From assembly GCA_965202585.1 (NCBI GenBank), contig OZ241826.1, positions 43,710,001-43,774,000 on the forward strand: a DNA stretch of 64,000 bases, read 5' to 3'. The number at the start of each line of letters is the position of its first letter. The first letter of the stretch is position 1. The translations under genes and the position numbers were made by a program. The notes under the pieces were generated by a model that did no database searches, was not told where the DNA came from, and was given only the letters and a program-made list of their open reading frames with translations. The DNA comes from Thalia democratica (lineage: Eukaryota). Positions 48,849 through 61,600 of this stretch are shown in pieces.

Positions 48849-49535
48849 AGGCATCTTTTTAGTTGACGGGTCAGAAAAACTTTACTGGGCCGAATAATTT
48901 TGGAAAATCAAACAATATATATGTAATCAAAACTTTCAATGCAAAAATGTATTTAAATAATCATTCACTAAGCAATACTGTGTACAGAGAACTGATATGA
49001 TAACATATTTGTTTAAATCTTAATAATAAAAAATCTCAGTTTTATTGGCATTAAACAAATTGTTCTGAAAGAAAAAATGTCGCGCGTTGAGCTTTTTTGC
49101 ATCAACTCAGTTCATGCTTTTCCTAACATATGATCATGTTCTAGCTAAAAATGAAACAAAATTAGATAAAAAAGATCTAATTTTCAGAATTTTTATTCAA
49201 TAAATTTTGTCAAAGGTGGACAACATGGAAGAACCTGGCTCGTAAATAAACTTATAATAATATAAATTTGTACTACTCAAAAATATTTTTAAAACTGTTT
49301 GAATAAAAATTTAAATTATGAGTTGATTTTAGTGTTTTTTAATGGTAGTGTTGCTAATAACTTCGAGCAAAGAAAAGATCTTTTTTAGTATAAGATTAAA
49401 ACAGTAAAGCGGTTAACGAAAGTCTATTTTTGACGAAACCGGCCCGTTATGAACAAAAGACTGTCACATCAACTAAAGTTACCAAACTTTAATATCACAC
49501 ATCTCAAATGTGTCTTAAGACCAGCTGATGTAGGT

Positions 49536-49747
49536 CAGGATTTCCCAAAGTGAGCCATATAGAAATTATCCAGGGGGCCTAAAAGGCCACAATTTGAAAC
49601 TTAGACTAAATATTCCAGAGTTAATCGTGATCAAAAAGGTCCTAGGTGTATTTAAGGGAAGTTTTTTTGAGAAATCTTGTAGGAGGTGGCCATAGATTTT
49701 TTATTTATTTAAAGGTGGACTTATGAAAAAAGTTTAGGAAAACCTAG
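49536..49747 (+). mobile_element. hAT-like MITE
   Basis: Imperfect TIR caggatttcccaaagt / agtttaggaaaacctag. Related to the element at 410 and absent from the paralogous site near 41770. No clear TSD. Confidence 0.55.
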
Positions 49748-51733
49748 TGTATATATATATAAAGTTACTACAATTTAAAACCGAAAAAAATAACTGTTTG
49801 TTTATCATTAAAAGAAGGATGCAAAGTAACTATGTATCGATTAACAAACTTTCATTGGTTAAATTATGCAAAAAATATAGCAATAAAGAGTAAAAAAAAT
49901 GAAAAATATCTATTTAAGAAATTTACCGTTAGGTTTTTCACATAACAGTTTTGTAACTTTACAACAAAAAGATCTACAAATGTTTGTTTACCTACAAAAA
50001 TTGAAAAAGTACCTAATATTAATTACAATTAATTGTGTATTTCCAGGGAAATTTTATAAAAAACTTAGCTAATTTTGTATTCCTATAAATACACTATTTC
50101 TTTATGTTCATACGCTTGTAGAGCTTTACATTAGATTTATAAGCACTCAACAATTTTAGCTTAAAAAATTTCCACTTAATCGACAGGTTAACAGTAAAGA
50201 GTTTGTCAGGACTTTTTTTTTATAGAAACACCGATTCAGTTTAAGATTATCAAAAACTTTAAAAACAGTTAAACCTGCTTAAATTGTAAAAATCTATAAT
50301 TTTGACCAAATAAAAATTTTGATAATAAATCATTTTAGTAGTTTTATAGTTTTTTTTTTTGTGAGAATTTTTATACATCATGAAGTTTTTTTTTTACAAA
50401 CAAAAGTCTAAAATTTTAGAAAGTAAAAATTTAAATAAACTTATTACTTGAAATAATTACAATTAAAAAAATGCAAAAATATGTAATACTAACTACTATT
50501 AAAACTATTTTCATTCAGCTTATTAATTAAATGAAAAACGTTAAATTTTTTAACTCATTACCTAGTTAAGTTTATGAGTAAATATTATTTAGAGTGCAAA
50601 AACTGACAATAATAATTAAAAAATTTATAGAGGTATAAGATCAAACAAAAAACATTACTACAAGAAGGCTAATATTAAACTATATGAGATTAACTCACTA
50701 AGAGTGAGTTTTTAAAATTCAACATTAACTTCAATCATGAAAAACTACTACACTACAAGTGAAATACTATTCATTTATAGGATCAAGATAAATTCACTAG
50801 CAACAGATCATTTGTTTTACTGCAGCTTTAAAGTTTTAATAACACATGATATAATATCCCTAAGAATAAAGGAAAGTATAGTTAAACCATGAAAACTTAA
50901 GCTTTTTTAATTGAAAAAAATGTTAAGAAATCTTAAATATTTTTTGCATTACTAGTTCTATAAATACAATAGACATACATGTTATATATAAATAGGAAAA
51001 TTATAAGCTTAAAAAAAAATTAACAATCAAACTCTAAAAAAAATCTGTTTTACAAAAATAAATCATATACTAACATCTAAGATTGTCCTTAATAAATAAA
51101 TAAAAAGTGTACATTTCAATAAATGTTTTCCCTACAACGAAAAATCGATAAAAAGTTTTATTAGTGCAATAACTTTCGACCTGATAAAATCACACAGACT
51201 CAAATATTAAACAAAGATACAACGGTTATTTAAATAAACACAACATAATATAAACAAACAAGAATCCTATACAACTAGTTTAAATCTAATTTGAACCAAA
51301 ATGTTTTTTTTCTATACTAAGTTATACACTTAGAGCAGAACATTTACGAAAAACACTTATATAAATATTTTTTTTAATCAATTATGATGGTAAATACTGA
51401 AAAATAAAATTCCTACATATAATTATAAACTATTCTGATGATAATTAAAAACAAACTTGAGTTTTTATTTTACCCTATCAAAACTATCATACATTAAAAC
51501 TTATTATAAATATACTAAATAAATTAACGGTTATAAAAAAAATTTTAATCAAATTTGACAACAGCTAAGGAAAGTAAAGTTTTACACTTCATCTTTTTTT
51601 TTAAACAGTAGATTATACTTAGATGAAAAAGTATAAGCTACTTTACAATAAATAAGCTTAGAACCATATTCAAAGTAAAAACAAATGTGTATATATACCA
51701 ATACATCAGGTCAAATAATAAAAAATAAAAATT

Positions 51734-54700
51734 TCACAACTCAGAACTCTTTTCGCTACAAGTTCTCCGTCTAGCAATCTGTTTCAGCTTGTCTATTGAT
51801 TTAGAATGGCAGTAAGATGGCTTGATGGAAGTTTCCTGCATCAACCTCGCTTTGTTTCTCTTCACGAGGTCGTGGTAGCTGGGTTAAATATGATGTTGAA
51901 AATTTATAAAACATACTTCAACTTGTAATTAGTTTTTATTTTAAATTAAATAGTTTTATTGCATGTAGTTTTTTTTAAAGCTCAGCAACGTCATACTAAA
52001 AACTAAAGTCAGGCTAGCAAATTTTACTAACACAATTTTTGACATGGTACCTGAAATGATTGTAAAAGGATAATAGCTGGATAAAGTATTTTGTTGAGAA
52101 TTCAACATGTATATATAAACATAGTTAGTGTTTATGTTGTTTATTCAAACACTTTAAACACGTATAACTTTTTTAAACTTAGCAGCATCAGACTTAATGT
52201 CAGTCTATCTATCTTCATATAGTAATAAAAGCTTTGACATGATGCATACATCAAATTAAAAAGTTTATTTTTGGTAAAAGAGGTTTTTAATTTATTTATC
52301 ATCATTAAAAAACTTTAAAAAAAATCGTAAATTATCTTTTTAAAGTATACAACTTTCAATTTAATTCAAATTTTAATCTGTATTTAACATTGGTATACAT
52401 GTTTTTAAATTCAACATAGAGCAGAAAGTTATTTCTTAATAAAAAAAAACTAAATTAGTTTCCAAAGTACACTATTAATTCTTTTTCAAACAAATGTTAC
52501 CGTCTTATAACGTGCACACAGATGGAAGACTTTATGACTTGAAAATCGACAAAGCTCGAGACAAACAATTGAAAATTGACTGGTATTTTCAACAGGAATA
52601 TTTCGTTGTAATGTTCTTCCACGAACTTTATCAGCAATAATGGCATTTGTGCATCGGCCGTGCAGCTGTAAATTAAAAAGTTTCATCAACAGTTTGTAAA
52701 ACATGCTGCTTTCAAGTGTTACAATGAAGTTGACAACTATATTATACTAAATATACATAAGTTGAGGTTTTGTTTTTACTACAAAACCACAAAACCAAAG
52801 TTTATAAAGAAGTTAAGTTAATATAATGCTATTCGTAAATATAATCAAAAGTTTTTAATTCTTGCTTTGATCATTAGGTATATTTTTTTTACCATAAAAC
52901 TAAAATTTTCTATAAGTATTTTGGAAATAAACATGCTACTTACAAGTGTTTCAATTAAGTTAGAAACTATGTTGAATAACAACCACTCGTTTGTAAAATA
53001 ATGGAAACTTACTTGATTTGAAATAATTAAAAGCCGAAGTTATCAAGCAAAAAGTTTTAAACTCAGAAACATTATACACAATGATACATTCAATTTCAAT
53101 ATTGTTCACTAACCTTAAGTAGAATATAGTTTGTTGTGTAAATATTGTTTTAATTTTTGAATTAACTACAAAGTTTTTAATGACTTTTAAACAGAATTAG
53201 AGCAAGTTTTACGAAAAAGTTGCTACTAATACTTATACCGCTATAGAAATAATAGAAAAAAACATACCGGAAAAAGCTATCAAAAACCTTTGGATAATTT
53301 TAGTGTTTATAACTTAAGAAACTACTAAACTTTTAAGAAAATTATAAGAAAAATTTTAGTAGTCATATTAAAATTTCTACTCTTTGAAACAAAAAACAAA
53401 GCCCTGTTTTATACAAACAAGCCCAAGATTATGGATAAAAATTTAAGTCTTTTTTCTACTTAGGTGGTATTTAAAAACATTTCATTATCTAATCACCGCA
53501 CTCATTAGCAAGTAACTACTTACATAATACAGGTAATTGCCTTTTTTAGTTTTCAAAATATCTAAGTGCAATAAACTAAACATAGTCTAATCTTACAAAT
53601 GTTTCGTAATTTTCTGGTAGCGTTAACACTTGATCACCCAAATATCAAGCTACTACTTTTCAATAATTATTTAAAACAAGTCTACTATGTATATAATATT
53701 GACATTTTCAAAAGCTATAACATTAAAAATTGTTTGATTTCACTTAAACATTTATTCTCAATTTCTAAACTTAACAGATTTTAGTGATTAATAGCAAAAA
53801 ATAAGTCTAAATTAAGCTTTAAGAATATTAAATAAACAGAAGAGTCACATAATTACAACAAAAAACCAGATTTTTTTCTGAAATAAAACTATTCCCTGAG
53901 AAAGAAGAAACTTTAATAAAACTCATATAAAGTTTGAAAATCTATTTAACATTTATGTGTACACTGTTATAATTCAAATAGTTATTCAATTGAATAAGCT
54001 TTAAATATGAGTTTTAATAATGTTGATACTTTTCTCAAAAAACATACATAATTTTACTGTTTTTATGAAACATATGTACTGTTGTTTTTACATTCAAACT
54101 TTCGCAATAAATTATTTAAAAGCCCTTCAAGTGGGCTCTGTGGGAGGTGATTTAGTTTATCAAATCATATAATTTCTTATTGAAATTATCAAATACATAT
54201 CATACATACGAGTATTCAACATGAAATAGCCCCACAACTTTATAATCAAATTTTTACATTTGCTAAAAAACTGTAATCACTCCAAAATAGTTAATTATAT
54301 TTTATAGCAAAAAAACATGCAGCACAAATGGATTATTCAACATAATATATCAATAATTGTAAAAAAAGAAATTTACAAATAATATATGATTATCAAATAC
54401 TGACGGATTACTCAGAATGAAACAGTTCCACAGCTTCATCAGATTATTAATTATTTCATCTTTAGATTTAATACATCAAACATCAAAACTGAAGGAAAAA
54501 GGGACTCATGAAAAAGAACAGGGTTGCCACTCTTTGAGTCAAAAAATCTTCCCTGAGTTTTTTTCAAATCCTTAAAAATTGTATACCTTTTTAAAAAATT
54601 ACAATGTTAATTCTAAGAATATTGAAAAACTAGCCGCAAAGTTAAAAAATTTCGAAATAAGCACTTAATTATAAATAAATTTAACTTTTTTGAACAAAAT

Positions 54701-57700
54701 ATTGAAACTGGATTAACTAAATCTCGTTCTAGATCAAAAAAAAAATTCCCTTGAGATTTTTTAAAAAATAATAAAACTTAATAATAATAGAATAAACCAA
54801 ATTTCCCTGAAATTTTTAGAATAAACCAAAATTGCCCTGAGTTTCCCTGAGATTTTCTATAACTTGAAAACTCCCTGAGTTTCCCTGAATTACCTGAGTG
54901 TGTGGCAACCCTGAAGGAGCGACATTAACAAACCTTTTATAAAGATTTTCCTATCTGAAAATTTATTCTAATTTAATATATAAACACCGACGGGTTGTTG
55001 AGCATGAAGCAGTTCCACAGCTTCATCATCACCTTCTCGCCCTCGTTAACGTCAGTAAACTCGTCCATCAGCTTGCCCATGTGCTCGTTCAACCACTGGG
55101 TGGCGCCCTCGCACTCCTCCTCGCTGTCGTCGCTCAGGTTGGCCGGCCTCACCGGCAGCTGCGACGTCGAGTGGAAGTAGAGCCGGTTGTGCCCTGCGCG
55201 ACGTCACAAATATAAAATGAAGCTTTTAATTGATAACTGTTTAAAAAGTTTTAATGAATTTTAAATTTAAGTGATTTTTAACTATTTAAACAAATTTTGA
55301 TTTATTGTTCTTTTCTAAATGTGTGATGTGATATTTTAAGTTAACTACAGTTTAGTTAGTCTTCATAAACTCATCATACTTTAAAAACAATACCTAGATG
55401 TTTTTCGTTAATGTAATCTCTATAAATTATCAAATAAATCAACTGACTGTCGTCGTAAATGTTGTTGTTTCCGGTGTTTCCCCTCCTACTTCCGTGGCTT
55501 CTGCCGTCGCAAAATTCGGCGATGGTGTCCGAAAGTTCAAGCGCGTCCATGGTGTCCATCATCTGCTGCCCCGCGACCCGCTTCTTCCTGGTTGCCATGG
55601 TGACGGTGGCCGAGGTGACGCGCTTGATGGGCCCCATGCGTCCTGAGCACAGGTCGGGAAGCGCGTACATAAACTGTTTTTGTTTTTTTTTCTACAAAAT
55701 ATTCAACATTAATAACTACATATAAAAACGTAAAAAACACTAACAAAAACTTAAAATGGCAAGAGTAACTATTAAGAAATGGATTCTATAAAATATGATT
55801 AAATCATATTTTGATAATGATTTGAATTGTAGACACAAAAACTGAGAAGAATACAAAGCTAAGTCTACTAGTATTAGTAAGTGTTTTTAATTTTGTCAAA
55901 GTATGCATTAAAATGCGTTTTGCAAAAAAAACAACAGACTTAACTCAATTTACATTCACTACATTTACTCCACAAAAATGTGTTATCATTAACTACAAAA
56001 AGTTTAATCTAGTTTATCATAACTTACAAAACTATTTAACAATCATTAACATGCTTATTATAAATTTAAGTGACTTTTGGAGACTTTTTTGAGACTCCGT
56101 AGATCTGTTCTTAAATTTATTTGAGAGCAGTGAAACGCCGTTAGTCGGAATAAAGTTTAAACACAAAAACATCTGTGGTATACATTCCGATAAGCTTAGC
56201 TTATCAGGATCTCTAGGATTTAACGCTTTTTAGTGTTACATCTTTATATATACTAATGGGGTAACGAACCGCGGGGTTGCCGTGAAAGGAGTGGTCGTAG
56301 CACTCGTTCAAGTTGACTTCCATGATGTACTTCAGGGGCTGGTTGGTGGGCGGGTAGAGAGAATCGTCGTCGCTTATGGCGTTGTTTGTGACGCAATCGG
56401 GGTGCAGGTGAAGCTTGAACTTCAGGCGGGGGTGGCACAAGTGCTGGTGCTGTTATTTGTATAAAAAAATTTATTATGTGCTTGTGCTGTTAGAAAGCTT
56501 TATTAAAATCTTTAAGTTTCTAGTCCTAAATTTAAGAAAAATATAAATTCAATGCCTTTAGATTTCAGGAAGCTCAATTCACAACAGTACTTCTTTAGAA
56601 TCAAATTTAACTTGGCCACATTAAGTCTGGATAAAAATGCAAAAATAATTAGCGACAATAATGTGGCTACAATTAAACAATCTACTAATAAATATAATAA
56701 ACACACTCGTAACTTCAACAACTCACCATGACAAACGACTTGATGTCGTGGCACCTGATCTTGCACCAGGGGCACTGCAGGTCTTCCAGCAGCTGCGTCT
56801 GCTGCTGGGTCATCTGGTTGTACACGAACTGCATGTACACCTTCACGCAGGGCTTCTTGTCGCCGTTCGGCCTGAGCGCGGGCTTCTTGTAGCCGATCAG
56901 GTCGAAGATACTCGGCTTCTCCTCGATCGTGTCTGGTAAAAAATCTTGACTTTCAGTTGTTTTTTTTTTTAAACATGGAAAATAAGAAAAAGTGTTTAAA
57001 CATATTTTTTTTTTCAATTAACGCAAAAGTATATATTGTAATACATTTTATTTGAATAATGTATTAAACATTTAATGTACTAAATGCAAGAACTTTGTCT
57101 GACAAAAATATCTTAATTTAGTTCTTTTTAGTTTTTTATTAAACAGGCAACGTGTAAAAACTGCACATAATTTTTTTAAATTTATACACAAGTACATTTT
57201 GTAAATAAAATTTATTTCTCACTATAATCAACTCAATTAAATCCTAACCGTTTTCTGCGAATCCATTGTGATTTTGTTCGTATTTAGCAACACTCTGCTT
57301 CTCTTCTTGCTGGTTGATCAAAGTGATGTTTGTTCGTTGTTGCTGGTCCATCAGTCCGTTGAAATGTGTCGGACTTTTTGAAGGAGACGAATGTCCATTC
57401 GATTTTTCTTCCCAGCTAAAGTAGTTTAAAAGAATTATTGGTTTATTAAAATTTTAAGTATTTAGTAGATAGTTTTGCCAATTTCAGATTTCATAAGGAC
57501 TAATCAAACCAAATTTTTTTTTTTTTTTTCGTATCTTAGTAATACTTTTCGTAATTACTTTTGTGATCATTTTTACTACTTACCTTAGAAATACCATAAT
57601 ACTTTTAATTCAAAATCGTCTTTATCAATCACAAATAAAAAACAAGAACAATTTTAAACCACTAAAACAACCTTAAAGATTTTAAGGGCATAGGGGGGTA

Positions 57701-58649
57701 AACACCCTTTTTTGATTTTTGATCTTATTTAGTATTTTTACTAAGCTACAAGATGCTTTTTACAGACTTGAAAAATTCAAAATATTTTTGAGATATAGCC
57801 GGTCAAAGTCGGAGGCAACAATAGGTTCCTTATGGGAGGCGCTAAAACGGCTAAAATAGACTATTTCACTAAAAATCTATCTCCTCCTACGTTTTTTGAG
57901 ATAACTACCTCAAATTTTCCGGACTTGTTCCTTGATATATTTAGAAAATTCTGTCGGAAGGAATTTTTTAAAAATTAAAATTTTATACAAAAAGTAAACG
58001 AAAAAAAACATTTTTTTTTTAGTTTTTTTATTATAAAATTTTTATTTTTTAATTTTTCAAATTCTGTTCTGACAGAATTTTTTAAATATTGCAAGGAACA
58101 TTTCCTAAAAATTTGAGGTAGTTATCTCAAAAAACGTAGGAGAAGATAGATTTTTAGTGATTTCTAGTTATTTGCTGTTTTAGTTTGCGCCTCCCATAAG
58201 GATCCTATTGTTACCTCTTACTTTGACCGGCTATGTCTAAAAAATTAATTAGAATTTTTAAAATCTGTAAAAAGCATCTTGTAGCTTAGTAAAAACTATA
58301 TAAAATAAGATCAAAAACCAAAAAAGGGTGTTTACCCCCCCCCCCCCCCTATGCCCTTAATTAGCTATAAAATAAACAAATTAGTTGCAAACAAATATAA
58401 CTCTAAACTACAAACTTGATGTTGAACGATATTTTAGGAGAATGGCACATCTGGCTGAGCATTTCAATTTCTTTTCCTCCGCCGATCCTCTCCCATATCG
58501 GTTGGCTGTGCAGTCCGTTTGAAAGCAGGATGCTGTATGAACGAAAATAAATGTACAGTTACTATCAATTAGAAAAATAATTGTAAACTAGTTGAAATTT
58601 GAAAATATCAACATGTACGTTTTTGACCCTTGAGCAATATCAAGGTAGG

Positions 58650-58680
<31 letters not shown>

Positions 58681-61600
58681 CATTAGATAAGTTAAATGCA
58701 TAGAATATAAAGAATAGTGAAAAAAAATCAAGAACAAATCTGTATCACTTTAATAAGGAAATATATAATCTTTTCACTAATTTTCAATTTCAAAATTATG
58801 CAACTGGACTATTATAAGAAAAAAAGTAAAGACAAAAACTTTTGCAATTAAAATATTATCAATAATTAATTACACTGACATTGTAATCTTAAAATTTGAA
58901 TATAAAAAAAATTCAACTTATAGTATTATCATCTAAATTAAAAACCATGAAAATTTATAGACTAGTGATTTTTTTTTATCCATTAAAATATTAAGTTGTA
59001 AAAAAAGTAACACGTTGTTATAAAAGTTAAAAGAAAATTCATAAGTTGTACTCAATACTGTCGCAATATGTATAAAACAGCTTCTATTTCTCTGCTTTAG
59101 CTAACAACTAAATTGAAAATGTAAATTTCATTGTATTTTCGTGAAACACCAAAACAAAACTGACTCGTCATTGGACTTTTTCAGACTTTTTCTGTTAACT
59201 TCCTGCTCAATATCTGTTTTGTTGGTCTTCACGATGGCCTCCTCGTTGCTTCTGTATATAAAAAAATATCAAGGCGTATAAATATAAACATAAACAGCAA
59301 AAAATTTTTTTTTCAATCTAACCAAAACAAATAGTTGTGTGATGTAAAAGAAGCCAGCAGCTTTAAAGTTATTTTTTAATGCTATCTTAAAATGTTGTAA
59401 ATATAAAAATGATTTATTTGCTAATGTAAGCCTTACTTTGGCAGGGAAATATCGTAATATCCAGCTTGCAACTTCGGTTTTCCGTTCTTGTCAAATATTT
59501 GCATCTCCGTTTCGAATATCGGTCTGTCCATTCTTCAATTATTTCATAATAGGTTACAACAACAAAAACAAAACTTTTTTTTTAGGACGAAATTTATTTT
59601 GTTTGAAAACCTTCCAAATGCAATTTTAAAAGAAAAAGATGCAAAGTATTGTTGAGATTTTAAAAGAATTAAGTTTTCTTTTAAATTGAAATACTATTTT
59701 CATATCCGATAAAAATGAACTGTATGTATGCTTATTTATAAAGGTGTACATTTTTCTTATATAAAAAAATTAAAAATATCAGAACTACAGTCTAGTAAAT
59801 AAATAAAAAAATTAAGGTTTTATTAAATTGGTATACAACTAATATTTAAAAAAAAGGCATCAAAAAAATAGACTTTTATTGCAATAATTTTTGTTCTACT
59901 TTTTGACATAGTTCATATACAATTTTCAAGCTTCAAAGAACAAACAATTTCGCCTAGTAACAAATTATATAAACAAAAGACAAATACATTTCATTAACCT
60001 TGAAGATGTTTCAAGGATTAAAAATCAAAACACAACTCACTTATTGATTGAGATGCTTGTAGGGTTTATTTTTCTGTACTTGCTGGCTTGCGACCTGCTT
60101 TCTGACTTTATGCTTGAAACGCTTGAAAACTGTTTGTCTGAAATTTAATACTTCTGTAAGTTTATATTACCAAACTTCCTATAAATGTAATTTATCTAGT
60201 TATTTTAAACTTTTTATTAACACAATTAAAACTAACATTTTCCAGGCGCTTTTTTGCGCTTCCTGACGCCCTGCTGCATGTTCACGGGGTTTATGTCGGT
60301 GTGGTCTCGTTTGCCGGAACCCGTTTCCTATCGTTGTGATATTTAGTTGTAACAAAATTTATAATTATCTAATTACTATAAATTATCATACAGGTAAACT
60401 GTTTAAACATCTTGGCTATTAAAAGGATACCTAAAAAATATTTTCGTAAAAGTAAATTTTTAGTTAAAATTTACAGTAAAAAACCAATTCGTGTTTTTTA
60501 TAACTCAGTCAATTTAAATAAATAAACTATTATTATGGTTTTTAATAGTTTAAAAATATGAGTAAATTCTTTAGTTATTCTTTACTATGTAAAAATTACA
60601 AAAAAAACAATGTCTACAAACATAGAAATTAATTGTAAAAAAACAGTTTTCGTATATTTCAAACTTTGTGATTAACAGTGAACTTCAATTATTTATTACT
60701 AAGTCAGTTTTTTATTTTTTCTCGAATATCATTTTTTTCTTTAAATTTTTACCGTGTTATTAGGAGGGGTGACGAAAGTTCCGCTGCTGCCCACGCTGAT
60801 GTCACAATCGCTGACGTCATCGTCTTCATCTTCGTCCTCGTCTGTTTCGTCATCATCGGGCTTGTATATGGAGAAACGGAGCGCGTAGTTGCGGAAGTTG
60901 TGGCCTTCAGCGGGAGACGTGAAGGTCAGGTTCTCCCCTTCTTTAAATTTTAAAAAATATTGGTATAAAAAAACAAACAGTAAAAAAAATTAGATATTTT
61001 AATTATCACAAATTGACATACAAAATATCAAACTACCAAAAATTTATACACAAGCAGTTCTATGTATATATATATATATATATATGTAAGTATACTACTA
61101 ATAACATAAAAAGTTGTAAACTCATCGCAGAAAAAAAAACAAGTTGCTACAAACATTAAAACATCCAAGTTTTTAAAACACAGAATAAAATAATTATATC
61201 AGAACTGATTTACTGCCAATTCACATTTCAAACAAAAAGTAATCTCACCACAGTTGCTTTCGCTTTGAAGTCCTTTCAAGTGCAGCTCGTGCAAGTTCAC
61301 GGTGAACTCCTCCTGCGCGTAGTTTTCCGCGTTGCGGGGATTCACCCAGACCGAAGCCACTCCGACGTTGTGCTTGAGCGTGCACACTTTCGCCCCCTTC
61401 CTTCTTTTGGTCGTCGTCCTGACCACCTCCAGTTTTATGCGCACGTTTTTGTACTGTTTTATCAAGTTAAAAATTATATATAGATATATATATATATCAT
61501 AAATATAGTTTCGTCAGTGTAGATTATTATGCATAGCTTAAAAAAAGTTTATTCAATTTAAGATAAAAAAATATTCTTTAAACAATTTAGATAAGTTATA

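Larger units (their letters stand above)
43612..50590 (-). repeat. Segmental duplication, copy 2 (CLCA body deleted, ~2.3 kb inserted)
   Basis: See copy 1. The segment homologous to about 33175-39200 is missing, and about 45603-47850 has no counterpart in copy 1. Confidence 0.9.

Noticed and set aside
50692-50710. 8-bp hairpin aactcact-aag-agtgagtt near the end of the duplication
   Set aside because: Too short, with no CTRR terminus or second copy seen.
37939-61483. Plus-strand ORFs overlapping CLCA and SUZ12 exons (e.g. 37453-37641, 38562-38762, 55398-55725, 56661-56939, 61265-61483)
   Set aside because: Antisense shadows of GC3-rich exons.
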